64,000 nucleotides of DNA, from positions 4,544,001 through 4,608,000 of the forward strand of contig CBDBDQ010000005.1 of the NCBI GenBank assembly GCA_965203905.1. The letters run 5' to 3'. The notes under the pieces were generated by a model that did no database searches, was not told the origin of the DNA, and saw only the letters and a list, made by a program, of their open reading frames with translations. Source of the DNA: Spirochaetia bacterium (GTDB taxonomy: Bacteria > Spirochaetota > Spirochaetia > SZUA-6 > Bin103). Positions within the stretch are counted from its first letter, which is position 1. Each line of letters starts with the position of its first letter. The position numbers and the translations under genes are program-made. This document shows, piece by piece, positions 26,807-36,063 of the stretch.

Positions 26807-27044
26807 CCTATGAAGTTTGCGCCGTCTATGCTACCGACTTCATAGGAAAAAATGTGGAGCAACGAATCAGGATGTTCTTGTTGATTAGCACACAAGAACA
26901 TTGGCTGAAAATCATTGGCAAAAACCGCATGGTTTCTGTCAATGACGCATCGTTTACACTTCGGATGAGCCGAAAATTTTATTGGATTCTGTAAACGGTG
27001 CCACCACTCTCTCCAGGGGTCTCGGTCCCTGGGGAGATTTTTTT
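26807..27044 (+). ncRNA. Candidate structured non-coding RNA
   Basis: Four consecutive stems (26807-26846, 26867-26908, 26912-26945, 26947-27001) then a terminator; TTGACT at 26773 upstream. Confidence 0.5.
27008..27044 (+). terminator. Intrinsic terminator
   Basis: TCTCTCCAGGG / CCCTGGGGAGA 11-bp stem followed by T7. Confidence 0.85.
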
Positions 27045-27095
27045 GCCTCTACCAAGGTTTAGACAGGTTGCAGCCATCGTGAACATTGAAGCAAT

Positions 27096-27311
27096 TCAAC
27101 GCCGAGTGTTGAGATAGGTTCGCAGGTACAACCGAAATGCTCGCCAATGGACCTGTTGAATCGTGCAATTAGAATCCTGAGCGATGGCCATGATAGCTCT
27201 TTTAAAAATCGGATGGCGGTCAACTATTCCACGGTGACACGCGGAGTCTCCATGAGGCCATTCTGTAATCTCGAGCGCTTCCTGAATTGCTTTTTCAAGT
27301 TCGCCATGCAT
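27096..27311 (-). CDS. Small protein, possible ribbon-helix-helix DNA binder
   Basis: GGAGAG RBS; strand-helix-turn-helix pattern IVDRH-PIFKRAIMAIAQDSN-CT-IQQVHWRAFRLYL. Confidence 0.5.
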   Translation of the reverse strand: MHGELEKAIQEALEITEWPHGDSACHRGIVDRHPIFKRAIMAIAQDSNCTIQQVHWRAFRLYLRTYLNTRR

Positions 27312-27470
27312 AACTCTCTCCTACCATGACGGGGCACATGGGGTCAACTTTGACCGTAAGTCCTTATGTACTAATAAGTTAATCGCCCCACGCGCCCGAC
27401 GCGGCACGATGATGTTAACCGGGTCTATCGAAGCTTTAGCACCGTTAACCAAATTAACCTCAAAAACCGC

Positions 27471-27499
27471 TTGACTCCTGATCTAGCATATCGTATTAA
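27471..27499 (+). promoter_or_regulatory. Possible sigma70 promoter
   Basis: TTGACT-N17-TATTAA, divergent from the small RHH-like gene. Confidence 0.4.
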
Positions 27500-27861
27500 C
27501 AACGGTAGAGTCAGGTTGCGCCATGACATATCTGTTGGGCATTCCTACCAATTCAGCTTGGCTCTATTGATTCTGTCTCAAGCTGGGCCATGACATATAT
27601 GTACACGGCCCGAATACAAATAACCATCCGTCCGCATGGAGAAATAAAGAAACTCACCTCACCAAGGTGGGTAAAAAATCCATGGAGGGTGCCATTTATG
27701 CACATACTCCGAATACGGATACGATGGAAGAGGAATCATTACACAACGGTTTATCGATGCGCGATTCCTCAAAGGGCAGTTTAGATACATAGTTACTGAT
27801 ATAGTTAAAGTGACGGGCAAGGAGGAACAGATTTGAGTTAATTCCCCTTGCCCATTTTCCT

Positions 27862-29749
27862 GGGCTTATATACCCAAGAGCCAGCGGGAGCCGGGCCGTC
27901 GCTTAGCTCTAATCATCTTCCTCAATAGCATCAAAAAACTCCCTGATTTTTTTGAGGTTGTACCTATAATCTATCTTTCGGTACAATTCATCGAAAAATA
28001 TGGACATGTGCTTAGCCTTGGTGGGGCACTTGATATTGCACCGCTTTGCAAGGAACCCGAGGACTTTGGAGGTTCTATCGCGGAGTATTAATTCAGCAGG
28101 TCGGTCCTCTCCTCTCGGCCTTGTAAGATCATAGCACCTCGACAATTGCGCGAGTTCGTCGCGCATGTTGCGCAGCATCACAATCTTCCTATTGCCAAGC
28201 ACTAGAACCGCTGCAACTGTCAAAAATATCGTGCTGAGTAGCAGCCAGACTACAGCCCAATTTATCTCTACAGACGGGAACAACCCGGTTTCGAGACCGA
28301 GCCATTCAGCTAAACTGGCCAATCCGGCTAGAACCCCAATCACTCCCGACAGCGCCCGGCCCACCCTGCGCAGAAGTCCCATAGCGGGGGCCACATTACC
28401 CCCCGGCTCAGTCATCATCTTATTACCCAGAGAGAATCTCGCTTCGTTCCTAAGCAGACCACACTATCGTGCCTGATTGCTGCCGGCGTGTCAATTTCGG
28501 AGTAATTCGTTATATCTTCGTTAATTAGCCGACCCGGGGGCGCTGCTATATACAGCCGCCCCCAACCATTTTCGTCGCGATAGCCCTACTTTCTTCGCCG
28601 TCTACTTCTTCTCCGGCGATAAAATATCCGGAGATACCAGGGCATCGGAAACTTCTCTTCTCTGGCGTTAGGGTCTGGTGGAAGATTGTTCGCATGAGTA
28701 AACATCCGTTTGAAGACCTCTTCCATGCGTGCCAAAGTAGGATGCTTTCTTGTGACATCTGACCTCCAACCGTATTTTTGGGTTGCTTGGGACCGTTAGG
28801 TTCTACAAGCGCCCCGTCCTGATACCAAATCCTTCCTCTTCAATCTCTTTCCAAGTAAACCCATAGCCACCATCGCCATCCTTTCCAGCGTATCAAGATC
28901 GCGGATATTGTATCGTCCAGCAAACTCGTTTACGTATCTCTGCAAATGCTTACCGCTCATGCGATGGTATACTCCCTTGTATCCGCGCTTCAATAGACCC
29001 CAAGAATTTTCCGTGCCATAATGTGCACGTCACCGTTGACATAGCTCCAGCCGCCATGATTGACGGATTCATAGTTTCGCATTCCCTGGTACGCAGTATG
29101 GTCGTCGGTGTATATCGTCGCTCCGTCCTCAACCCGTTCTTTTACGAATCTCTGGAAAGTAGCCCTTTCTCGATCCGACACTACCTTGGCCGTCACTTGA
29201 CCAGTCTCGCGGTTTTTTTTCCCGCGACAATCGTTTTGGCTTGGCGCCAGGTATCATACTACTGTTTTCTGTCATAGTGCATGAACCTCCACTGGCCACC
29301 AAACATAGCTTCATCAACGTCGACGGTGCCTTCCATCTTCTCTGCTTCCAGAAGGTTAATCGGCTCGTCGAATTGATCTGCAAAGCCTTCCCTGATTCGC
29401 TGCAACAGAAACCAAGCGGTGGGCTGAGAGATTTTCAGCTCTTGCACAATACCGTCGATGCAATTCCCTTTGGACTTGTGACCAACATATAAATGGCGAA
29501 TATCCATTTCTGGAGCCCTACGTGGGTTCCTTCCATAATCGTGTCTTTTCGAACCGAGAATCCGAACCGGCACGGACGACAGCGAAACGGAGTAGGTTTC
29601 CTGCTGGCTACTTCTATAATTGAATCGGAGCCACAAGCAGGACAGCGTACATCCTTTTTTTAGGCCAACGCAATCTTTCCAGCCATTGCTCGGCTGCAAG
29701 ATTATTGGGGAACGCTTGCATCAACTGAAACACCGAAAGGTCGGCGTGT
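27862..29749 (-). mobile_element. IS1595-family element, degenerate, with passenger ORFs
   Basis: Fragments FPNNLAAEQWLERLRWP, VDVDEAMFGG, IYTDDHTAY, SVNH, KRGYKGVYHRMSGKHLQRYVNEFAGRYN across several frames (28796-29749); candidate end GGGCTTATATACC near 27862 is tentative. Confidence 0.8.
27909..28418 (-). CDS. Hypothetical protein with two TM helices (putative IS1595 passenger)
   Basis: Two hydrophobic segments followed by a basic soluble tail; low GC. Confidence 0.6.
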   Translation of the reverse strand: MMTEPGGNVAPAMGLLRRVGRALSGVIGVLAGLASLAEWLGLETGLFPSVEINWAVVWLLLSTIFLTVAAVLVLGNRKIVMLRNMRDELAQLSRCYDLTRPRGEDRPAELILRDRTSKVLGFLAKRCNIKCPTKAKHMSIFFDELYRKIDYRYNLKKIREFFDAIEEDD

Positions 29750-30930
29750 GAGGCTCTTGCAGAGACTCTGTGAGCGTTGATGAGGAGTTGGGGACGCGAT
29801 ACCAAGAGGACTGGATGGTAACCCGGCTTCGGCCGGGACGCCTTCAGAGCGTCGACGGCGCCGCGAATCGCCAGAATTCGCAGGTCATGCCACCTCCGTG
29901 GCTGGGTGCGGACAGTACTGTGGCCTGTCTCCGGGAGATCAACTTGGTCTCGCGCTACCGGATCGGAACGAAGGTCGAGTTCAGTTCACCAGACGTAACA
30001 ACTGATCCACGGTCAACGCCAGGACCCCGAACATCAGGTGGCACAGCACCTTGCTGTGGCCGCGCACGCGTACCTGCCGGGCGCCGAACTCATCCTTCAG
30101 CCGACCGTTGACGCGCTCCACCGTCGACCGCTCCCGGTAGCGCACCTCCTTGGCGTCCACCTGGCCCAGCGTGCGCCGCGCTTTCGCCTCCTGCTTCAGT
30201 TCCTGCTTGAATGCGGCACTGTTGTTGCGCGGATTCACATCAATGATCGGCACATGCCCGAGCGCCTCGCTGTGCGCTCTGATCTCGACGGCATCATAGG
30301 CTGCGTCCATCAGGTCGTACAGACTGGTGACCCGTGCCGCGGTCATGGTGGCCAACGGAATCGCGACTTGGCTGTCGTGCACCGAGGCCGAGGTCAAGAT
30401 GCAACTGAGCGGAATCCCGCCGTCGGCCGCGTCGATATGCAGTTTGTAGCCGATCCAGAATTCTTGGTAGCCTTTGGCGTTGCGCTTGGTGCCCACAGCA
30501 CAGGCCTGCGGCAGGTCGTCGAGCATCGCCGCCAGCGTCATGCTCTGCTGCCGCTCAAGACGGCTCGGTTGCTTGGGCCGTTCCTCGCCCTTGCGCGGGC
30601 GCCCGCGCTTGCGCTTCGGCTTGGCTGGCTGCTTGGGCTTCGGCGTCGCTTTCTCGCGCCCCTCGATCGCCGTCGCATCGCGTGACACGTGGCCGACCAA
30701 CTGCTCGGCCATGGTGTCCTCGATCAGCGCCTGGTGCAGGCGACTCGGCAAGGCACCCTCGGCAAACCCGGCAAAGGCCCGCGAGAAGGTCGCCTCGCTG
30801 GGCAGCGCGCCTCTATTCTCCCAGCCGCACAGACGGCGCAGCGCCTGGTCGTTGCCCAGCCGCTCGCGCAGCGCCCTGGTAGTGTCGATCCCGAACACCG
30901 CCTTGGCGATGAAGGCGCGCGCCAACGCTT
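29750..30930 (-). mobile_element. IS5/IS1182-like DDE transposase, 5'-truncated (CDS 29981-30925)
   Basis: SRDATAI, WIGYKLH, SVHDSQ, LMDAAYD, YRERSTVERVNGRLK; end-like GAGGCTCTTGCA at 29750 cuts the IS1595 transposase. Confidence 0.85.
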
Positions 30931-31080
30931 CTCAGCGCCCGCGCTCTGATAGTGGAAAAGGGATGATATTCTCGGTTTGCTGTAGCTGAGACTGAGCAGA
31001 GAGAAGAAGGGAAACCGGGCATATAGGGTTGCAACCTGACCCGGTTTCCCCTCCAACAGCAACCATACTCATACTCGATA

Positions 31081-31737
31081 TTGACCAGCTACCACTTCGG
31101 GGAGTTCCGGGATGGCTGGCAGGGAGTACTCCAGGGGGCGCGCTGTCCGGCTTGCGGCAGCACCCGGTTGGGGCATCACAGCAGCTACCAGAAGTATCTG
31201 TACGAGCAGCCGATCACAATCCTGCGGCTGCGCTGTTGGGGATGTGGGCGCACCCATGCGGTGATCCCTTCGTGGTCGCTGCCGGACACCTCGGTGGGCA
31301 CCGCGGAGGTAGAGCGCTACCTGGAGGCGCGCGAACGTGGCGCCAGCCGCGCCGTGGCGCTGGAAGAACTGCGGGAGCGGGGGATGCACGCCGGCTACGG
31401 CAAGCAACTGGAGCGCCGGCTGGGTGTGATCGTGAGCCGTGGCAAGGCGCTGTGGCCGCAGGCGGCCGACCTGCACCGCGCCGGCTTGGCATGGATCCGC
31501 GACGCCTGCGCGCCGTTGCCGGCCACCGCTCCGCTGCTGAGTCTCAACCACTTCTGTCTGAGTCACCGCGTCAACGCGATCTGCTGTGCCCGCGTTTCGA
31601 TCCTGTTGTTCGGACGCCCTCCGCTACCAGCACGGAAGCGACCCTCTGCCCCGGCTTGCAGGCGCCGCATAGTCTCTGGGTCATCATCCGCGCCCCCAGG
31701 AGGCACCCATGACCCCAGAACAACGCGCGGACCGTGA
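31081..31737 (+). CDS. Zn-finger transposon accessory protein (DUF6431-like)
   Basis: CPACG...HHSSY...RLRCWGCGRTH..IP; lies just upstream of an integrase-type transposase; start uncertain. Confidence 0.65.
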   Translation: MTSYHFGEFRDGWQGVLQGARCPACGSTRLGHHSSYQKYLYEQPITILRLRCWGCGRTHAVIPSWSLPDTSVGTAEVERYLEARERGASRAVALEELRERGMHAGYGKQLERRLGVIVSRGKALWPQAADLHRAGLAWIRDACAPLPATAPLLSLNHFCLSHRVNAICCARVSILLFGRPPLPARKRPSAPACRRRIVSGSSSAPPGGTHDPRTTRGP

Positions 31738-32283
31738 CTGCAGAATCACCGAGTTCCGCTACCAGTTGGTGGCCGAGTTGGCCAACCCTTACCTGTCCGC
31801 CACCAAGTGCCGAGAATTGATCCAGCAGAAGGCCCAGATCCAGCACGAGGTGCCGTTCCTCGGTCCACGTCGCCATTCGGTGGGCTGCATCCACAAGTGG
31901 CTGACCTTCTACCGCAAGCATGGCAGAGCTGGCTTGGCCCCGCGCCCGCGGCGCGATGCCGGACGCGCACGCTCGCTCTCCGACACCGAGACTGCCGTGT
32001 TCCTGAACTACCTGGAGAACCACCCTGAGCTGACCGCCACCGCAGTGCTGCGCAAGCTGCAGACCGACGGCCGCATCACCGGCACTCCCTCCAGCTCCGC
32101 ACTGTCCCGGCTGGTGCGCTCAGCCGGCCTGCAGCGCTCGGCTCGCCAGCAGCAGGCGCACGGCGAGCAGCACCTGAAGTTCGAGTTCTTCGCCCCGCTG
32201 GAGTGTGTTCAAGCCGACTTCATGTACGGACCACGCCTGCTCGACGCCAACGGCCGCCGCCGCATCGCCCTGCTGCTCGCCTT
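31709..32283 (+). mobile_element. IS481/Mu-like DDE transposase, 3'-truncated
   Basis: FRYQLVAEL, W...YRKHGRAGLAPRPRRDAG, ECVQADFMYGP; similarity and high GC end near 32283. Confidence 0.8.
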
Positions 32284-32291
32284 GAAAACCA

Positions 32292-32945
32292 GTGGTATCA
32301 AGCACACCAAAGATCACGCTAACGGATTTTGTCAAGTTTATGATGGCATCGGGATCGCAACAGCGGACCATATTGCGTCGCCACAAATACGATGACGACG
32401 TGGAGGGCGTAGCGATTAGGAAATACTATCGCGAAGCATACAATACGCTTCATCGATTCTACCGAAGCAATCATTCGACGACGTGGCTATCTGATCAAGC
32501 TGATCTTTTGGCGGCAACATCGACACCTCCGACACCGCGTGCGCAAGCGCGATTAGATCATAACATAGACTCAATTCGTCAATTTGAGACGTGTTTCGGC
32601 AATCGTAATATCGGGGGGAATAGCCCTGGACCCATGCTTTCTTATTCACACGATGGCCTGCTTATTAAGGTCTATACCGATATCTTCGGTTCTGAGGGTC
32701 GATACGAAAGGTTGATTAAGTTTCACTTTGCAGATTCGAGAGATCCAGAACAGTTCTCAAAGATTGTTTGTCAAGTCATGTTCGAAGCTGCGCTCAACGC
32801 GGGTCACGCCATTCCAAGTTCGGCAGTACGTGTGTGGGACCGCTATTCGTGTAAGGAGTATAAGCTCGCTCGTGTGGGCGCACGAATGAAAAAGGACATT
32901 GAGGCGACCTGTACCACAATTGTGGCGCTGTGGGACACGCTCTAA
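32292..32945 (+). CDS. Hypothetical protein (low GC)
   Basis: 217-aa ORF with protein-like composition in an AT-rich patch. Confidence 0.65.
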   Translation: MVSSTPKITLTDFVKFMMASGSQQRTILRRHKYDDDVEGVAIRKYYREAYNTLHRFYRSNHSTTWLSDQADLLAATSTPPTPRAQARLDHNIDSIRQFETCFGNRNIGGNSPGPMLSYSHDGLLIKVYTDIFGSEGRYERLIKFHFADSRDPEQFSKIVCQVMFEAALNAGHAIPSSAVRVWDRYSCKEYKLARVGARMKKDIEATCTTIVALWDTL

Positions 32946-33117
32946 CGAAAGAAGATAATTTTATTCGACAAATCCCCGACACTTCGATTGTTAGCCCTTG
33001 CCAACCACCCTTATCAACCCTACTGCCCAAAGGCTAACCGGTGCCGATGGGCACCGGGGTTATGGTCATGGGCTAAGGGGTTATGGTGGAGCCGATGGGC
33101 AATAGGGGTATGAGTGC

Positions 33118-33898
33118 CTTTACGGGCCGGGATGCTGGTACTGGCGGATCGGAACTACTTCGGATTCCCGCTGTGGCTGCGGGCACTGCAGACCGGCGCC
33201 GACCTGCTGTGGCGGGTGAAGGCACGGGTTCGCTTGCCGGTGCTGGAACGGCTGCCTGATGGGTCGTTTCGCAGTGTCGTCCGTGGCAGTGGTCAGGACC
33301 GCAGGCGCAGCCGGGGTGAGTGTCCGATCCGGGTCGTGGAGTATCGGATCGCAGGTGAAGGCGATGAGGTGTACCGGCTCGCCACCACCTTGCTGGATCC
33401 CGAGCAAGCGCCAGCAACCGAATTGGCGGCGCTGTATCATGAGCGCTGGGAGAGCGAGAACACCTATGACGAGGTCAAGACGCACCTGCTCGGCCCCGGT
33501 GCCGTGCTGCGCAGCAAGACGCCGGAGTTGGTGCGCCAGGAGGTGGACGGATCGATGCTGGCGTACTATGCGGTGCGCCGCCTGATCCACGCGGCCGCCC
33601 GCCAAGCCGACGAGGATCCGGACCGACTATCGTTCGTGCATGCCGTCCAGGTCGTACGCCGTCGGGTCCAGAACCCCGGTGCTTTTCCCCCCAGCGGACC
33701 AGGGTAGACAGCTTGTCCGGATGGTCCTGGAGGAGATTCTGGAAGAACAGGTGGTCTCCAGCCGCGGGCAGCGGAAGCCGCGTGGTGTCAAACGCAAGAT
33801 GAGCAGCTATCGGGTGCGACGGCGGGGGCAGCTCTCGACTCGGAAACACTCATGGACACCCCATGTCGTGGGGGCTGCTTATTAAAGCAACAGTATTG
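33118..33898 (+). mobile_element. IS4-family transposase 3' fragment and right terminal IR
   Basis: GMLVLADRNY, LYHERWESENTYDEVK, LRSKTPELVRQE, DPDRLSF, PRGVKRKMS; end TTAAAGCAACAGTATTG at 33882-33898. Confidence 0.85.
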
Positions 33899-34656
33899 GT
33901 TTTAATCCCGACTCTTGCTGTACGAAGTAGCAGCGTTCTTCTGACTCCCGCACGACTATCTTGTCTCGGAGACCGACCACCGACCGGGTTGCGGCAACGA
34001 TTCTATCGAACACCTCGGGGTCTGAATCCTGCAAGTGGTACAAGCGTTCGGCGAGATTGCGTCCGTAAGGGTCAAACGGCGTGGATTCTGCGAAAGTTGC
34101 GTCCCGGGCGAAGGAGGTATGGACTAGGATCGAAGAATCCCCATCGACTGATGAACTCCGTGACCTCACGGGCAGCGAACGAAGCGTCCGCAGATGCGGC
34201 ACTCTGTGCACAAGCGGTCGGGCTCTGCTTCAGTGTTACTGACCGTTGCTCTTCACCAGACCACCACCAACCGTCACCGTTCTTGGCATTGAGCAGTTCC
34301 GCACGCGGCTGCCCCTGCAAAGCCTGATACACCTGCTCCTCAACGAAAAAGTCGTGGTCCGTTCGGACCAATCGTACGAACCAGTCGTAGCGGGTGTCAG
34401 CATCTTTGAGGGAAACCACAAGCGATATGTAGCTGGCATCCTGGCCCTTCCATGCGAGATTGAGAAAATTCCCGCGCGAGTACACAGGCGCCTCGAAATC
34501 GCGAGCGCGTACCACCTCGCTTAGAAAGCGCAACGCATCGAGTATTGAACTCTTGCCGGAAGCGTTGGCCCCAAAGAATAGCGTCAGGCTGTCTACGGTG
34601 ACGTTGGTTTCGCGCAGGCTCCGGTAGTTCCTGACGTCTATCGTCAACAGCTTCAT
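33899..34656 (-). pseudogene. AAA_21/ABC-type ATPase, frameshifted near 34105 and truncated by IS4
   Basis: VRNYRSL, FFGANASGKSSILDAL; continues DATFAESTPFDPYGRNLAERLY in another frame; no Walker B before the IS end. Confidence 0.8.
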
Positions 34657-34676
34657 GGTCTCTCAACGTCGGCCTA

Positions 34677-35360
34677 TCACCTGCGGCGGGCGAGCCATTC
34701 GATGCCCTGCTGGAAGATCTGCCGGAAGCCGGGGTTGGTCCACTCGGAGGCGTCGTGACCGGACTGCCAGCACAGCACCCGCGAGCGCTGCAGTTCGTGG
34801 CACCACGCCAGCGAGGCGATGTTGCGCTCGTGGTCGTGGGTCAGCAGTACGGTGCTGTCGGCGCCGCAGGAGGGCAGCAGGAAGCCCTCGCCGGCGATCG
34901 CGAAGTCGGCCACGCCGAGAGTGACCGGATGCTCGGATTGTTCCACGTGGACATTCATGTCGATGCGCGGCTCGAAGCGCCCCGGCTTCTTCAGGGTACG
35001 GTCGGTGGAGTTGCAGACGCGGTCGTAGGCCGGGCTGTCGGGAAACGACAGCAGCGCGTGGTGCCACACGAACCAGCCCTGCCCGGTGCTCCCGATCCGC
35101 TCGATCGCCTCGTTGATGCGCTGGTCCATGTCCCGGCGCAGGCTGGCGATGCCCCACGCCACCATGTGATAGAACACGAACACGTCGTACTGGTCGGCGA
35201 CCGGTGACCCGACCCAGTTGTCGATGTCCTGCAGATACCAGTCGACACCCTCGAGCGAGTCGAACAGGGCCTTGAAGGCGGGCACGTCGTAGCCGTGGCC
35301 GCCGACGATCACCGCGGCCTTGATGGCGCCGGTGGCGGGAAGGTCGGTTGCCATCGCCAA
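34677..35360 (-). CDS. ThuA-like domain protein
   Basis: GGHGYD, VWHHA, HPVTLG, QSGHD...NPGFRQIFQQGIEW. Confidence 0.8.
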   Translation of the reverse strand: MAMATDLPATGAIKAAVIVGGHGYDVPAFKALFDSLEGVDWYLQDIDNWVGSPVADQYDVFVFYHMVAWGIASLRRDMDQRINEAIERIGSTGQGWFVWHHALLSFPDSPAYDRVCNSTDRTLKKPGRFEPRIDMNVHVEQSEHPVTLGVADFAIAGEGFLLPSCGADSTVLLTHDHERNIASLAWCHELQRSRVLCWQSGHDASEWTNPGFRQIFQQGIEWLARRR

Positions 35361-35363
35361 CCG

Positions 35364-35900
35364 CTACACCAGGCGCTCGGGGAGCACCGACTGGTCGTCG
35401 GGAAGGGTCTTCATGATGTGGTCGACCCGCCCCTGGTGCCCCTCGCCGGCGCGATGCCCGGACAGCACCATGATGTAGCGCATCTTGCCGGCCTGCTTTG
35501 TGGCCCAGCCGCCGTTGTGCCACACGTTGGGCTTCAGCACGTAGGCGTCGCCGGCCTGCACGCGGAAGGCGATCAGGTCCTCCACCCGCGGCTCGTCGTC
35601 GGGGTCGTCCGGCTTGCGGCAGGGCGCCATCGGCATCAGGTACTCGCCCTCCAGGCAGACGAACAGTTCCTCGGTGTTGAGGTGGCGATCGAAGCCGTTG
35701 GACGGTTCCGACCGGGTAGACTCCAGGTAGGAGATGTCGACGTCCGAGCCGGAGCCGATGTTGAAGCCGCTCATCGCCGGCCAGAACTGCGAAGGCCTGT
35801 CCACGTCCTTCTGCGGCCAGCTCACCCTGCGCGCCACCCTGGCGAACTCCGGCGCGTCGGTCTCCTGCACCGGAATGGTGCGTAGCTTGTCGTTGCCCAT
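35364..35900 (-). CDS. Ureidoglycolate lyase-like cupin
   Basis: DRHLNTEE, AFRVQAGDAYVLKPNVWH; GAGGAG RBS. Confidence 0.7.
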   Translation of the reverse strand: MGNDKLRTIPVQETDAPEFARVARRVSWPQKDVDRPSQFWPAMSGFNIGSGSDVDISYLESTRSEPSNGFDRHLNTEELFVCLEGEYLMPMAPCRKPDDPDDEPRVEDLIAFRVQAGDAYVLKPNVWHNGGWATKQAGKMRYIMVLSGHRAGEGHQGRVDHIMKTLPDDQSVLPERLV

Positions 35901-36063
35901 GAATGCTCCTCGTGGGGTAACAGGTATGGAAGAATGATAGCGGTGCGCGGCGTACGGGTCATGCGCGATTCGCGGAGCTGGCGCGCTGGCGAAGGCAGTG
36001 CGTGTTGTGCGAGCCGCAGCGCCGTGCTGCCGGACGAGGTCTCACCCGCTGGCCGGAGCAGCC

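Noticed and set aside
26947-27006. tRNA/tmRNA-like end (GGTGCCACCA) or hammerhead core (GATGAG...CGAAA)
   Set aside because: No T-loop or proper acceptor stem; CUGA core and stem II absent
27520-27598. GCCATGACATAT pair as a mini CRISPR or guide array
   Set aside because: Only two 12-bp copies and no adjacent effector; kept as possible operators
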